Assembly: GCA_016874715.1 (NCBI GenBank)
Contig: VGTK01000010.1
Span: 21,418-45,417 of the forward strand
Length of the DNA: 24,000 bases
Origin: Deltaproteobacteria bacterium
GTDB lineage: Bacteria > Desulfobacterota > Binatia > UBA12015
Direction of reading: 5' to 3'
How positions within the stretch are numbered: the first letter of the stretch is position 1; the number at the start of each line of letters is the position of its first letter. This document shows, in pieces, positions 16,791-24,000 of the stretch. The notes under the pieces were generated by a model, which was given only the letters and a program-made list of their open reading frames with translations, was not told the origin of the DNA and ran no database searches. The position numbers and the translations under genes are program-made.

Positions 16791-17513
16791 ATGCGCATCG
16801 AAGTCCTGACGATCTTCCCCGAGTACTTCTCCGGGGTCCTGTCGACGAGCCTGCTCGGCAAGGCGGTCGCTCGTGGCACGCTCGAGGTGCACCTCCACCA
16901 GCTGCGGGACTGGACCACCGACAAGCACCGGACCGTCGACGACACACCGTACGGCGGTGGGCACGGCATGGTCATGAAGATCGAGCCGCTGGCCCTGGCA
17001 CTCGAGGCGATCAGCCCGCCTGGCGCTCACCGCGTGCTGTTCAGCGCGCGCGGGCACCGCTTCACGCAGGGGGTCGCGCACCGGCTCGCCGGGCTGCCCT
17101 CGCTGGTCCTGGTCTGCGGCCGGTACGAGGGTGTCGACGAGCGGATCGGCTCGTTCATCGACGAGCAGCTCTGCATCGGCGACTACGTGCTGTCCGGCGG
17201 CGAAGCCGCCGCGGCAGTCGTCATCGAAGCGGTCTCGCGCCTGATCCCGGGGGTGATCGGCAACGAGGGCTCGTTGCACGAGGAGTCCTTCGCCGCGGGG
17301 CTGCTCGAGTACCCGCAGTACACGCGCCCGGAGGTGTTCCGCGAGCTGCGCGTGCCCGACGTCCTGCTGTCGGGGAACCACGCCGAGATCGCACGCTGGC
17401 GGCGGGCGCAGGCCGAGGCCGCGACGACCGAGCGCCGGCCCGACATGCGGACCGGCACCGGCGCGCCTGCAGACTCGGCTCCGGCGCCGGCAAAGCCGAA
17501 GAAACACGAGTGA
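16791..17513 (+). CDS. trmD: tRNA (guanine37-N1)-methyltransferase
   Basis: [13 protein letters not shown]..., [40 protein letters not shown] and the YPQYTRP motif. Confidence 0.97.
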   Translation: MRIEVLTIFPEYFSGVLSTSLLGKAVARGTLEVHLHQLRDWTTDKHRTVDDTPYGGGHGMVMKIEPLALALEAISPPGAHRVLFSARGHRFTQGVAHRLAGLPSLVLVCGRYEGVDERIGSFIDEQLCIGDYVLSGGEAAAAVVIEAVSRLIPGVIGNEGSLHEESFAAGLLEYPQYTRPEVFRELRVPDVLLSGNHAEIARWRRAQAEAATTERRPDMRTGTGAPADSAPAPAKPKKHE

Positions 17514-18073
17514 AATCGAGCCTTTATCTGGCACTCGTGCACCACCCCGTGCTCGACCGGCAGGGCGCGACCGTCACCACGTCGATCACCAACATGGACG
17601 TGCACGACATCGCGCGCACCGGCCGGACCTTCGGCGTTCGCCGCTTCTACGTGGTCCACCCCGTGCCGGGCCTCCGATCGCTCGCCGAGCGCATCGTCGA
17701 GCACTGGCGAAGTGGGTACGGAAGTCGTTACAACCCCTCCCGCCACGAGGCGCTGGGGCGTGTGGAGGTCGAGCCCGACCTCGACCACGTCATCGCCGCG
17801 GTGGAGCAGGACAGCGGCTGCATGCCGCGCCTGGTCGCCACCACGGCCCGCGAGCGTTCCGGGGCAATGCGCTACGACGAACTGGCCAGGCACCTCGCGG
17901 ACGGCGAGGACGCCTGGCTGCTGCTTTTTGGAACGGGATACGGTATGTGCGACGAGGTCTTCGATCGCTGCGAGGCGCACCTCGAGCCGGTTCACGGCGT
18001 CGACGGCTACAATCACCTCTCCGTGCGATCGGCGGCTGCCGTGATCCTCGACCGCCTGACACGTCCGCGCTGA
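17510..18073 (+). CDS. Predicted SPOUT-superfamily RNA methyltransferase (Methyltrn_RNA_4 / former DUF2168-like)
   Basis: 187 aa. The GTG start overlaps the trmD TGA (GTGA). [37 protein letters not shown]..., LLFGTGYGM and [17 protein letters not shown] resemble that family as I remember it. Not verified by search. Confidence 0.65.
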   Translation: MKSSLYLALVHHPVLDRQGATVTTSITNMDVHDIARTGRTFGVRRFYVVHPVPGLRSLAERIVEHWRSGYGSRYNPSRHEALGRVEVEPDLDHVIAAVEQDSGCMPRLVATTARERSGAMRYDELARHLADGEDAWLLLFGTGYGMCDEVFDRCEAHLEPVHGVDGYNHLSVRSAAAVILDRLTRPR

Positions 18074-18111
18074 GTCGCCTGGATCCAGATCTGCCTAGAA
18101 GGAATTTCGAG

Positions 18112-18462
18112 ATGACCGTCATCGACGCAATCGAAGCCGAACAGCTGCGCAGCGACATCCCCGCCTTCCGGCCGGGCGACACCGTCCGCGTCCACGTGAA
18201 GGTGGTCGAGGGCGAGAAGGAGCGCATCCAGGTGTTCGAGGGTGCCGTCCTGCGCCGCAGCAACGGCGGCATCCGCGAGACGTTCACCGTGCGCAAGGTA
18301 TCGTACGGCGTCGGCGTCGAGCGCACGTTCCCGGTGCACTCGCCGCGCATCGACAAGGTCGAGCTCACCACGCGCGGCAAGGTCCGGCGCGCGAAGCTGT
18401 ATTACCTGCGCGAGCTCTCCGGCAAGGCGGCGCGCATCAAGGAGGTCGGGGCGCGGCGGTGA
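18112..18462 (+). CDS. rplS: 50S ribosomal protein L19
   Basis: The internal ATG 18112 of ORF 17947..18462 has GAAGGAA upstream. [67 protein letters not shown]. Confidence 0.97.
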   Translation: MTVIDAIEAEQLRSDIPAFRPGDTVRVHVKVVEGEKERIQVFEGAVLRRSNGGIRETFTVRKVSYGVGVERTFPVHSPRIDKVELTTRGKVRRAKLYYLRELSGKAARIKEVGARR

Positions 18463-18884
18463 GCCCCGAGCGCGCGTCCGGTCCGGTCGCCGAGGCGGGC
18501 GATTCCGGCGAGCGCTTCAAGCACGAGATCGCGGCCGACGTCGCGATCAGTGGCCGCATCTCCTTTCCCGGAAACGCACGCATCGATGGGCGCCTCACGG
18601 GCGAGGTGCGCGCCGACGCGCTCCTGGTCGTCGGCCCCACCGCGCACCTGCGCGCCGACGTCCGGGCGCAGAGCCTCGTCCTCTTCGGCACCATCGAGGG
18701 CAGCGTGTGCCAGAGCGACAGCGTCGAGCTGAAGCCCGGCAGCAGGCTCATCGGCGGGCTCGAGGCGGAGCGCGTCGTCGTTCACGCGGGCGCACTCTTC
18801 GAGGGCCGCTGCTCCATCGGCAAGCGGTCGCCGGCCATGGCCGCAGCGCAGTCCGCCAGGCACGCCAAGGCGCGCGAAGCCTGA
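18459..18884 (+). CDS. Bactofilin (polymer-forming cytoskeletal protein, DUF583 fold)
   Basis: 141 aa. The GTG start overlaps the rplS TGA (GTGA). It has the repetitive beta-helix pattern [89 protein letters not shown]. Confidence 0.8.
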   Translation: MSPERASGPVAEAGDSGERFKHEIAADVAISGRISFPGNARIDGRLTGEVRADALLVVGPTAHLRADVRAQSLVLFGTIEGSVCQSDSVELKPGSRLIGGLEAERVVVHAGALFEGRCSIGKRSPAMAAAQSARHAKAREA

Positions 18885-18910
18885 GCGACGCGCGCCGGTC
18901 GCAGAGAACG

Positions 18911-19768
18911 TCAGCGCAGCCCGAGCGCGGACACCACCCCGAGCGACGCCTCGGCGAAGTTCATCGTGTACAGGTGCACGCCCGGGGCACCGGCACGGCG
19001 TAGCTGCTCGCAGAGCCTGGTCGCGACATCGACGCCGATCTCGCGGCGCGCGGCGACGTCGTTGCCCGCCTTCTCGAGCCGGGTGCGAATCTCGTCGGGG
19101 AACTCGGTCGCATTCGCCGCCGACATGCGCGCGACGCCCTCTGCGTTGGTGGGCGGCATGATCCCGGGGATCACCGGCGTGCGCACGCCGCGCTTCGCGA
19201 GCTCCTCCACGAAGCGCTCGTAGTGCTCGACGCGAAAGAAGAACTGGGTGATCGCGAAGTCGGCCGCGGCGAGCTTCGCCGCGTGGTGCGCGAGGTCGTC
19301 CTCCCGGCTGCTCGCCCGCGGGTGGCCCTCGGGATGGGCTGCCACGCCCACCGAGAACGGCCCTCGCTGGCGCACCAGCTCGGCGAGGTCGATCGCATGG
19401 TGGAAGTGGCCGGTCGGCACGTCCACCGTGCCCTCGGGCAGGTCGCCGTGCAGGACGAGGAGGTTCTCGATGCCGTCGTCCCGGTAGCGGTCGATGATCG
19501 TCGTGATCTCTTCCCGCGTGTGCGCGACGCACGTCAGGTGCGGCATCCCCGTGATGTGCAGGCCATGCTGGATGCGCGACACCACCTCGGCCGTCGGGCC
19601 GCGCGTCGATCCACCCGCACCGTAGGTCACGGACATGAAGCTCGGCCGCAGCCGGGCGAGGCGCTCGAGCGCGCGCTCCAGGCGCTCGTTTCCCGCCGGG
19701 TCGCGGGGCGCGGAGAACTCGAACGAGAGGGTCGGTCCGGCTGCTATGAGGTCGGCGATCTTCGCCAT
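18911..19768 (-). CDS. metF: 5,10-methylenetetrahydrofolate reductase
   Basis: Uses the internal ATG 19768 of ORF 18911..19957. LSFEFSAPR, FMSVTYGAGGSTR, HLTCV, ENLLVLHGD, ITQFFF, PVIPGIMP. Confidence 0.92.
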   Translation of the reverse strand: MAKIADLIAAGPTLSFEFSAPRDPAGNERLERALERLARLRPSFMSVTYGAGGSTRGPTAEVVSRIQHGLHITGMPHLTCVAHTREEITTIIDRYRDDGIENLLVLHGDLPEGTVDVPTGHFHHAIDLAELVRQRGPFSVGVAAHPEGHPRASSREDDLAHHAAKLAAADFAITQFFFRVEHYERFVEELAKRGVRTPVIPGIMPPTNAEGVARMSAANATEFPDEIRTRLEKAGNDVAARREIGVDVATRLCEQLRRAGAPGVHLYTMNFAEASLGVVSALGLR

Positions 19769-19808
19769 CGGGTGATCCTGTAGGACGGGCGCGACGCGGT
19801 AAAGGGCC

Positions 19809-20867
19809 TCAACGCGGCGCGGGTGGCACGGGAAGGACCTGCGCGGGTGGCACGGGAAGGACCTGCGCGGGCGGCAAGGGAAAGACATGACATGCGACCG
19901 CGTGCGCCGCATCGCCCTCGAGGGCGGGACGATCGACCCTGCAGCGAGCCTCCGCAAAGGCGCAGCGGGGGTGGAACGGGCACCCCGGCGGCGGTGCGAT
20001 CGGGCTCGGCACGTCTCCGGCGAGGGCCATGCGCTGTGCGCGGTTTGCGGGGTCCGGCTCGGGGACGGCCGACAGGAGCGCCCGCGTGTAGGGATGGTGC
20101 GGCTCCTCGAGCAGGCGCGCGGTCGTCCCGACCTCGACCACGCGGCCGAGGTACATGACCGCGATGCGATGGCTCAGGTGCGCGACCACGCGCAGGTCGT
20201 GCGCGACGAAGAAGTAGGCGAGCGCGTGCTTCTGCTGCAGATCGGCGAGCAGGTTGATGACCTGAGCCTGCACCGACACGTCGAGCGCGGAAACCGGCTC
20301 GTCGCAGACGACGAAGCGCGGCCCGACCGCCAGCGCACGCGCGATGCCGATCCGCTGGCGCTGCCCGCCGCTGAACTCGTGCGGGTAGCGCCCGGCGTGC
20401 TCCGGCCGCAGCCCGACCTCCAGCAGCAGCCGCTCGACCTCCGCCCGCTTCGCCGCGCCGCGCGCGAGGTCGTGGATCTCGAGTCCCTCGGCGACGATCG
20501 CGCCGACCTTCATGCGCGGATCGAGCGACCCGTACGGGTCCTGGAAGACGATCTGCATCTCGCGCCGCAGGCGTCGCAGCTCGCGCGCCGGCAGCGCGCC
20601 GAGATCGCGACCATCGAAGGTGACCGTGCCCGACGTCGGCTCGATCAGACGCAGCAGGAGGCGGCCGAGGGTCGACTTGCCGCAGCCCGACTCTCCCACC
20701 ACACCCAGCGTCTCGCCCTCGTGCACGACGAGGCTCACGTCCTCGACCGCGTGCACGACCTCGCGCTTTCCGCCGAGGAGACCGCCGCCCGAGCGGAAGT
20801 GCTTGACGAGGCGCCGCGCCTCGACGAGCGGGCGACCGGTCGGGCGCGCCGCGCGCTCCGTGCTCAC
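19809..20867 (-). CDS. Peptide/nickel-type ABC transporter ATP-binding protein (OppF/DppF-like) with a Pro-rich repeat tail
   Basis: GTG 20867 overlaps the upstream TGA (GTGA). Walker A is GESGCGKST, the signature is [15 protein letters not shown], Walker B is [12 protein letters not shown], followed by the C-terminal Cys-rich oligopeptide-ATPase extension GCPFHPRC...ACH. The rest of ORF 19809..21920 is read-through of the neighbouring gene in another frame. Confidence 0.9.
   Translation of the reverse strand: MSTERAARPTGRPLVEARRLVKHFRSGGGLLGGKREVVHAVEDVSLVVHEGETLGVVGESGCGKSTLGRLLLRLIEPTSGTVTFDGRDLGALPARELRRLRREMQIVFQDPYGSLDPRMKVGAIVAEGLEIHDLARGAAKRAEVERLLLEVGLRPEHAGRYPHEFSGGQRQRIGIARALAVGPRFVVCDEPVSALDVSVQAQVINLLADLQQKHALAYFFVAHDLRVVAHLSHRIAVMYLGRVVEVGTTARLLEEPHHPYTRALLSAVPEPDPANRAQRMALAGDVPSPIAPPPGCPFHPRCAFAEARCRVDRPALEGDAAHAVACHVFPLPPAQVLPVPPAQVLPVPPAPR
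19817..19888. repeat. 24-bp tandem repeat, 3 copies (2 perfect, 1 diverged)
   Basis: gcgcgggtggcacgggaaggacct occurs at 19817-19840 and 19841-19864 (identical). Copy 19865-19888 is gcgcgggcggcaagggaaagacat (4 mismatches). On the minus strand it encodes [25 protein letters not shown]-stop. Confidence 0.95.
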
Positions 20868-21874
20868 GGTTGGCCGCCTCCGTGCAGCGGGAAGTGGCAC
20901 GCGACCAAGCGCTGCGCGGTGACGGCGTGCAGCGCCGGGTCTTCCTGCGCACAGCGGTCCGCCGCGCGCGCGCAGCGGTCGCGGAACCGGCACCCCGACG
21001 GGAGCGCCAGCAGGTCGGGCACCCGGCCTGGAATGGCCGTGAGACGCCGGGCACGGTGCTCCAGCCGCGGCAGCGACGCGAGCAGAGCCTGCGCATAGGG
21101 GTGCGCGGGTGCCGAGAACAACGCGCCGGCGGGCGCCTGCTCGACGATCCGCCCTGCGTACATGATCGCCACCTCGTCGGCCTCCGCCGCGACCACGCCG
21201 AGGTCGTGCGTGATCAGCAGCAGGCTCATGCCGAGCCGGTCCTTGAGGTCTCGCAGCAGGTCGAGGATCTGCGCCTGGATGGTGACGTCGAGCGCGGTGG
21301 TCGGCTCGTCCGCGATCAGCAACGCCGGCTCGCAGGAGATCGCCATCGCGATCATCACCCGCTGCTTCATCCCGCCCGACATCTGGTGCGGGTACGATCG
21401 CGCGCGGCGCTCGGCGTCGGGGATCTCGACCAGGCGCAGCAGGTCGACGGCCCCGGCCCACGCGTCGCTCCGCGACAGCCCACGGTGCAGGCGCAACGCC
21501 TCGGCCACCTGCGCGCCGACGGTGAACACGGGATTCAGGGACGTCGACGGCTCCTGGAAGATCATCGCGATGCGCGCTCCGCGGAGCCGTCGCATGTCGG
21601 CCTCGGGCAGCGCGAGCAGATCGCGGCCCTCGAAGCGGATCGTACCGGAGCGGAGACGCGCGCTCCCGTCGAGCAGGCGCAGGATCGCGAGCGAAGTGAC
21701 GCTCTTGCCGCAGCCGGACTCGCCGACCAGCCCGAGCGTCGCGCCGGGAGCGATCGTGAAGCTCACGCCGTCGATCGCGCGTACCGTGCCGCGCGGGGTC
21801 TCGAACTCGACCACGAGGTCGCGCACCTCGAGCAGCGGCCCCACACCGGGCACCGGATGCTCCGCCCTCCTCAC
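20864..21874 (-). CDS. Peptide/nickel-type ABC transporter ATP-binding protein (OppD/DppD-like)
   Basis: 336 aa. The GTG start overlaps the permease [39 protein letters not shown], and the C-terminal GCRFRDRC...ACHFPL. Confidence 0.92.
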   Translation of the reverse strand: MRRAEHPVPGVGPLLEVRDLVVEFETPRGTVRAIDGVSFTIAPGATLGLVGESGCGKSVTSLAILRLLDGSARLRSGTIRFEGRDLLALPEADMRRLRGARIAMIFQEPSTSLNPVFTVGAQVAEALRLHRGLSRSDAWAGAVDLLRLVEIPDAERRARSYPHQMSGGMKQRVMIAMAISCEPALLIADEPTTALDVTIQAQILDLLRDLKDRLGMSLLLITHDLGVVAAEADEVAIMYAGRIVEQAPAGALFSAPAHPYAQALLASLPRLEHRARRLTAIPGRVPDLLALPSGCRFRDRCARAADRCAQEDPALHAVTAQRLVACHFPLHGGGQP

Positions 21875-22929
21875 GGGCGCGCCTCCGCGCGCGGGTCGAG
21901 GCGATCGCGCAGCTGGTCACCGAGGAAGTTGAAGGCCATCGTGGTGATCGCGATGCACACCCCCGGCGCGAGGATCCACGGGTACTTGTCGAGGTTCGTC
22001 AGGTTGTTCGCGTCCTTCAGCAGCGAGCCCCAGCTCGTGCTCGGCTCCTGGATGCCGAGGCCGAGCAGCGACAGCGCGCTCTCGCCGAGGATGAACCCCG
22101 GGATCGCGAGCGTCGCCGCGACGGTCGTGTAGCCGAGCGTCGCGGGAACGACGTGACGGACGATGGTGCGCGCGCGACCGGCGCCGAGCGCGCGCGCCCC
22201 CTGCACGTACTCGAGCTCGCGGATCGACGTCACCATGCCGCGAATCACGCGCGCGAAGCCGGCCCAGCGGATGAAGCTCATCAGCACGACGATGAGCACG
22301 AAGGTCTGTGCCGACGACAGCCCAGGCGGGATCACCGCTGCGAGTGCCAGCAGGAAGTAGAACGACGGCAGCGCCATCATCACCTCGCAGAGGCGCATCA
22401 GCAAGTCGTCGGTGCGGCCGCCGACGTAGCCGGCGACGACGCCGACCAGCGTACCGATGCCGAGACTGATCACCACGCCGACGATGCCGACAGAAAGACT
22501 GATGCGTGCGCCGTACACGAGCCGCGAGAACAGGTCGCGTCCGAGCGCGTCGCTGCCGATGAGAAAGAAGTGCTGTGCCGGGTCGGCCGTCGTCAGCAGG
22601 TGGCCGCGCGTGAAGAAGCCGAGCGCGATGCGGCGGTCGCGATCGGTCTCGTAGCGGCGGCGCAGGCTGTCGACCATGCGCTGCGGGTGCACGTAGAGCA
22701 GCCCCTCCGACGCCCACGCCGACGGCGGCGCGACGTGGAGCCGCATCGGCGGCGCGTTCGGCGAGCGACGGAACTGCCGTCCGGGCTCGTACGGGGCGAT
22801 CCACGGGGCGAGTGCCGCGACCCCGTACAGAAAGAGCAGGACGGCGCCGCTCAGCCCGGCGCGCCACCGCCAGCGGCGCGATGGTGCGCCGCTGGAGTCA
22901 CCCGCGAGCCCTCCGCCCGGCTCGATCAC
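21871..22929 (-). CDS. ABC transporter permease (OppC/DppC-like) with an extended periplasmic loop after TM1
   Basis: GTG 22929 overlaps the upstream [27 protein letters not shown], the EAA-type loop [22 protein letters not shown], and multiple TM helices. The N-terminal two thirds of ORF 21871..23913 is an artefactual extension. Confidence 0.9.
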   Translation of the reverse strand: MIEPGGGLAGDSSGAPSRRWRWRAGLSGAVLLFLYGVAALAPWIAPYEPGRQFRRSPNAPPMRLHVAPPSAWASEGLLYVHPQRMVDSLRRRYETDRDRRIALGFFTRGHLLTTADPAQHFFLIGSDALGRDLFSRLVYGARISLSVGIVGVVISLGIGTLVGVVAGYVGGRTDDLLMRLCEVMMALPSFYFLLALAAVIPPGLSSAQTFVLIVVLMSFIRWAGFARVIRGMVTSIRELEYVQGARALGAGRARTIVRHVVPATLGYTTVAATLAIPGFILGESALSLLGLGIQEPSTSWGSLLKDANNLTNLDKYPWILAPGVCIAITTMAFNFLGDQLRDRLDPRAEARP

Positions 22930-23906
22930 TGTGTCCTCGACGCGCCCAGCTCGATCCGCGGGTCCGAGAAGGCGAGCGCCACGTCGGCCAGCAGGTTGCC
23001 GAGAAGCAGCAGCAGCGAGCCGATGAGCACCGAGCCCATGACGAGGTAGATGTCGAGCGCCAGCACCGCCTCGAGCATGAGCGAGCCGAGCCCCTGCAGG
23101 TTCATCACGCTCTCGACGAGAGCAGCGCCGCCGAGCAGCGTGCCGAGCTCGTAGCCGGCGAGGGTGATGAACGGGTTCAGCGCGTTGCGCAGCACGTGCT
23201 TGAAGAGCACCGTGCGCTCCGCGAGCCCCTTCGCGCGGGCGGTGCGCACGAAGTCGGCACGCTGCAGGTCGAGGATCGCGCCGCGCATCAGGCGCATCAG
23301 GCTCGCCATGCCGCTGGTGGCGAGCACGATCGTCGGCAGGATCAGGTGGTGCAGGCGGTCGAGGAGCTTCGCCGACGGGGACAGGTCCTCGTAGTCGAAC
23401 GACACCGAGCCACCGACGGGAAACCAGCCGGTCAGCAGCGCGAAGCGCAGCAGCAGGAACGCGAGGAAGAAGTTCGGCAGCGACATGCCGAGGAACCCGA
23501 GCAGCGACAACACCCTGTCCGAGAGGTGGCCACGGCGCACGGCGACCGCGACGCCGAGCGGGATCGCGAGCAGCCAGGTCACGACCAGCGCGGAGATCGA
23601 CAGGATCAGCGTGTTGACCACGCGCTGACCGATCAGCGTGAGGACGCTCACGCGGTGTGCCACCGAGAGCCCGAGATCGCCCTGCACGGCCTGCGCGAGC
23701 CACGCGAGATAGCGCGCCGGCAGCGGCTCGCCGTAGCCGAAGCTCTGCTTCATCTGCTCGATCGCCTCGGGCGAGATCGAGGGGTTGAGCGCTAGGCTCG
23801 AGAAGAAGTCGCCGGGCGCGAGATCCACGATCAGGAACGACAAGAAGGTGATCCCGACCAGCAAGGGCACCATCTGCAGCAGCCTGCGCAGGAAGAAGAG
23901 CCCCAT
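22926..23906 (-). CDS. ABC transporter permease (OppB/DppB-like)
   Basis: 326 aa. MGLFFLRRLLQMVPLLVGITFLSFLI, FVRTARAKGLAERTVLFKHVLRNAL (EAA loop), and the C-terminal LLADVALAFSDPRI. Confidence 0.92.
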   Translation of the reverse strand: MGLFFLRRLLQMVPLLVGITFLSFLIVDLAPGDFFSSLALNPSISPEAIEQMKQSFGYGEPLPARYLAWLAQAVQGDLGLSVAHRVSVLTLIGQRVVNTLILSISALVVTWLLAIPLGVAVAVRRGHLSDRVLSLLGFLGMSLPNFFLAFLLLRFALLTGWFPVGGSVSFDYEDLSPSAKLLDRLHHLILPTIVLATSGMASLMRLMRGAILDLQRADFVRTARAKGLAERTVLFKHVLRNALNPFITLAGYELGTLLGGAALVESVMNLQGLGSLMLEAVLALDIYLVMGSVLIGSLLLLLGNLLADVALAFSDPRIELGASRTQ

Positions 23907-24000
23907 CCGGCACTGTCGATAGGCCAGCCAGAGCGCTTCCTCAAGACGCAGGACCGTGCCGGGCCGTCCTTGAGACGCCCCGGGGGGGTCGCTACACCCT

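Noticed and set aside
18402-19532. 376-aa minus-strand ORF spanning the bactofilin/metF boundary.
   Set aside because: - It is out of frame with metF and antisense to the bactofilin gene.
- Its composition is Arg/Gly/Pro-rich and it shows no motif.
19823-19860. TGGCAC motifs inside the 24-bp repeats, resembling a sigma-54 -24 element.
   Set aside because: - The expected TTGC -12 element is not present at N5 spacing.
- The motif is oriented on the plus strand, where there is no downstream gene.
19809-23913. Very long ORFs 19809..21920 (703 aa) and 21871..23913 (680 aa), suggesting giant fused transporter proteins. The same applies to the N-terminal extensions of ORFs 1760..3091, 5529..6956, 6329..7717, 7623..9296 and 9032..10717.
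   Set aside because: - The upstream parts are Arg/Pro-rich nonsense that overlaps the real upstream gene in another frame.
- Conserved domains begin at internal GTG, TTG or ATG codons that overlap or abut the upstream stop.
23907-24000. Partial inverted repeat (ctcaag...cttgag with an inner aggac...gtcct) upstream of the first permease gene, and a possible end of an upstream gene.
   Set aside because: - The two candidate pairings are mutually exclusive and imperfect.
- The region is too short and too close to the window edge to call a regulatory site or a CDS.

Overview
Very GC-rich bacterial chromosomal window, densely coding and dominated by conserved housekeeping operons. No rRNA, tRNA, CRISPR array, transposase, integrase or recognisable defence gene was seen.

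Gene content, left to right:
- (1) Minus-strand arnB-arnC-arnA cluster (Ara4N-type aminoarabinose/lipid A modification). ArnA is split into separate formyltransferase and decarboxylase genes, and the decarboxylase runs off the left edge.
- (2) A plus-strand coiled-coil, phasin-like ORF.
- (3) A long, tightly coupled minus-strand operon: ldcA, a cytoplasmic S12 beta-lactamase-fold hydrolase, mpl, a Maf::YggS fusion, proC, yggT and an FmdB zinc-ribbon protein.
- (4) Plus strand: two small paralogous DUF507-like genes, then groES-groEL with a clean terminator.
- (5) Plus strand: ffh, rpsP, a KH-domain protein, rimM, trmD, a SPOUT-like methyltransferase, rplS and a bactofilin.
- (6) Minus strand: a peptide-type ABC importer (two permeases, two ATPases) followed by metF.

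I do not see a convincing new multi-gene system. The items most worth a second look are:
- Two base-perfect in-frame minisatellites at protein C-termini: 33 bp in the ArnA formyltransferase, and 24 bp in the second ABC ATPase just upstream of metF.
- The single-ORF Maf::YggS fusion.
- A signal-peptide-less serine hydrolase translationally coupled between ldcA and mpl.
- A bactofilin whose start overlaps the rplS stop.
- The DUF507-like pair in front of groESL.
- rimM, whose conserved N-terminus lies upstream of any canonical start codon.
- Three TTGA stop/start overlaps that imply TTG initiation.

All family assignments come from reading motifs in the translations. No database search was run.
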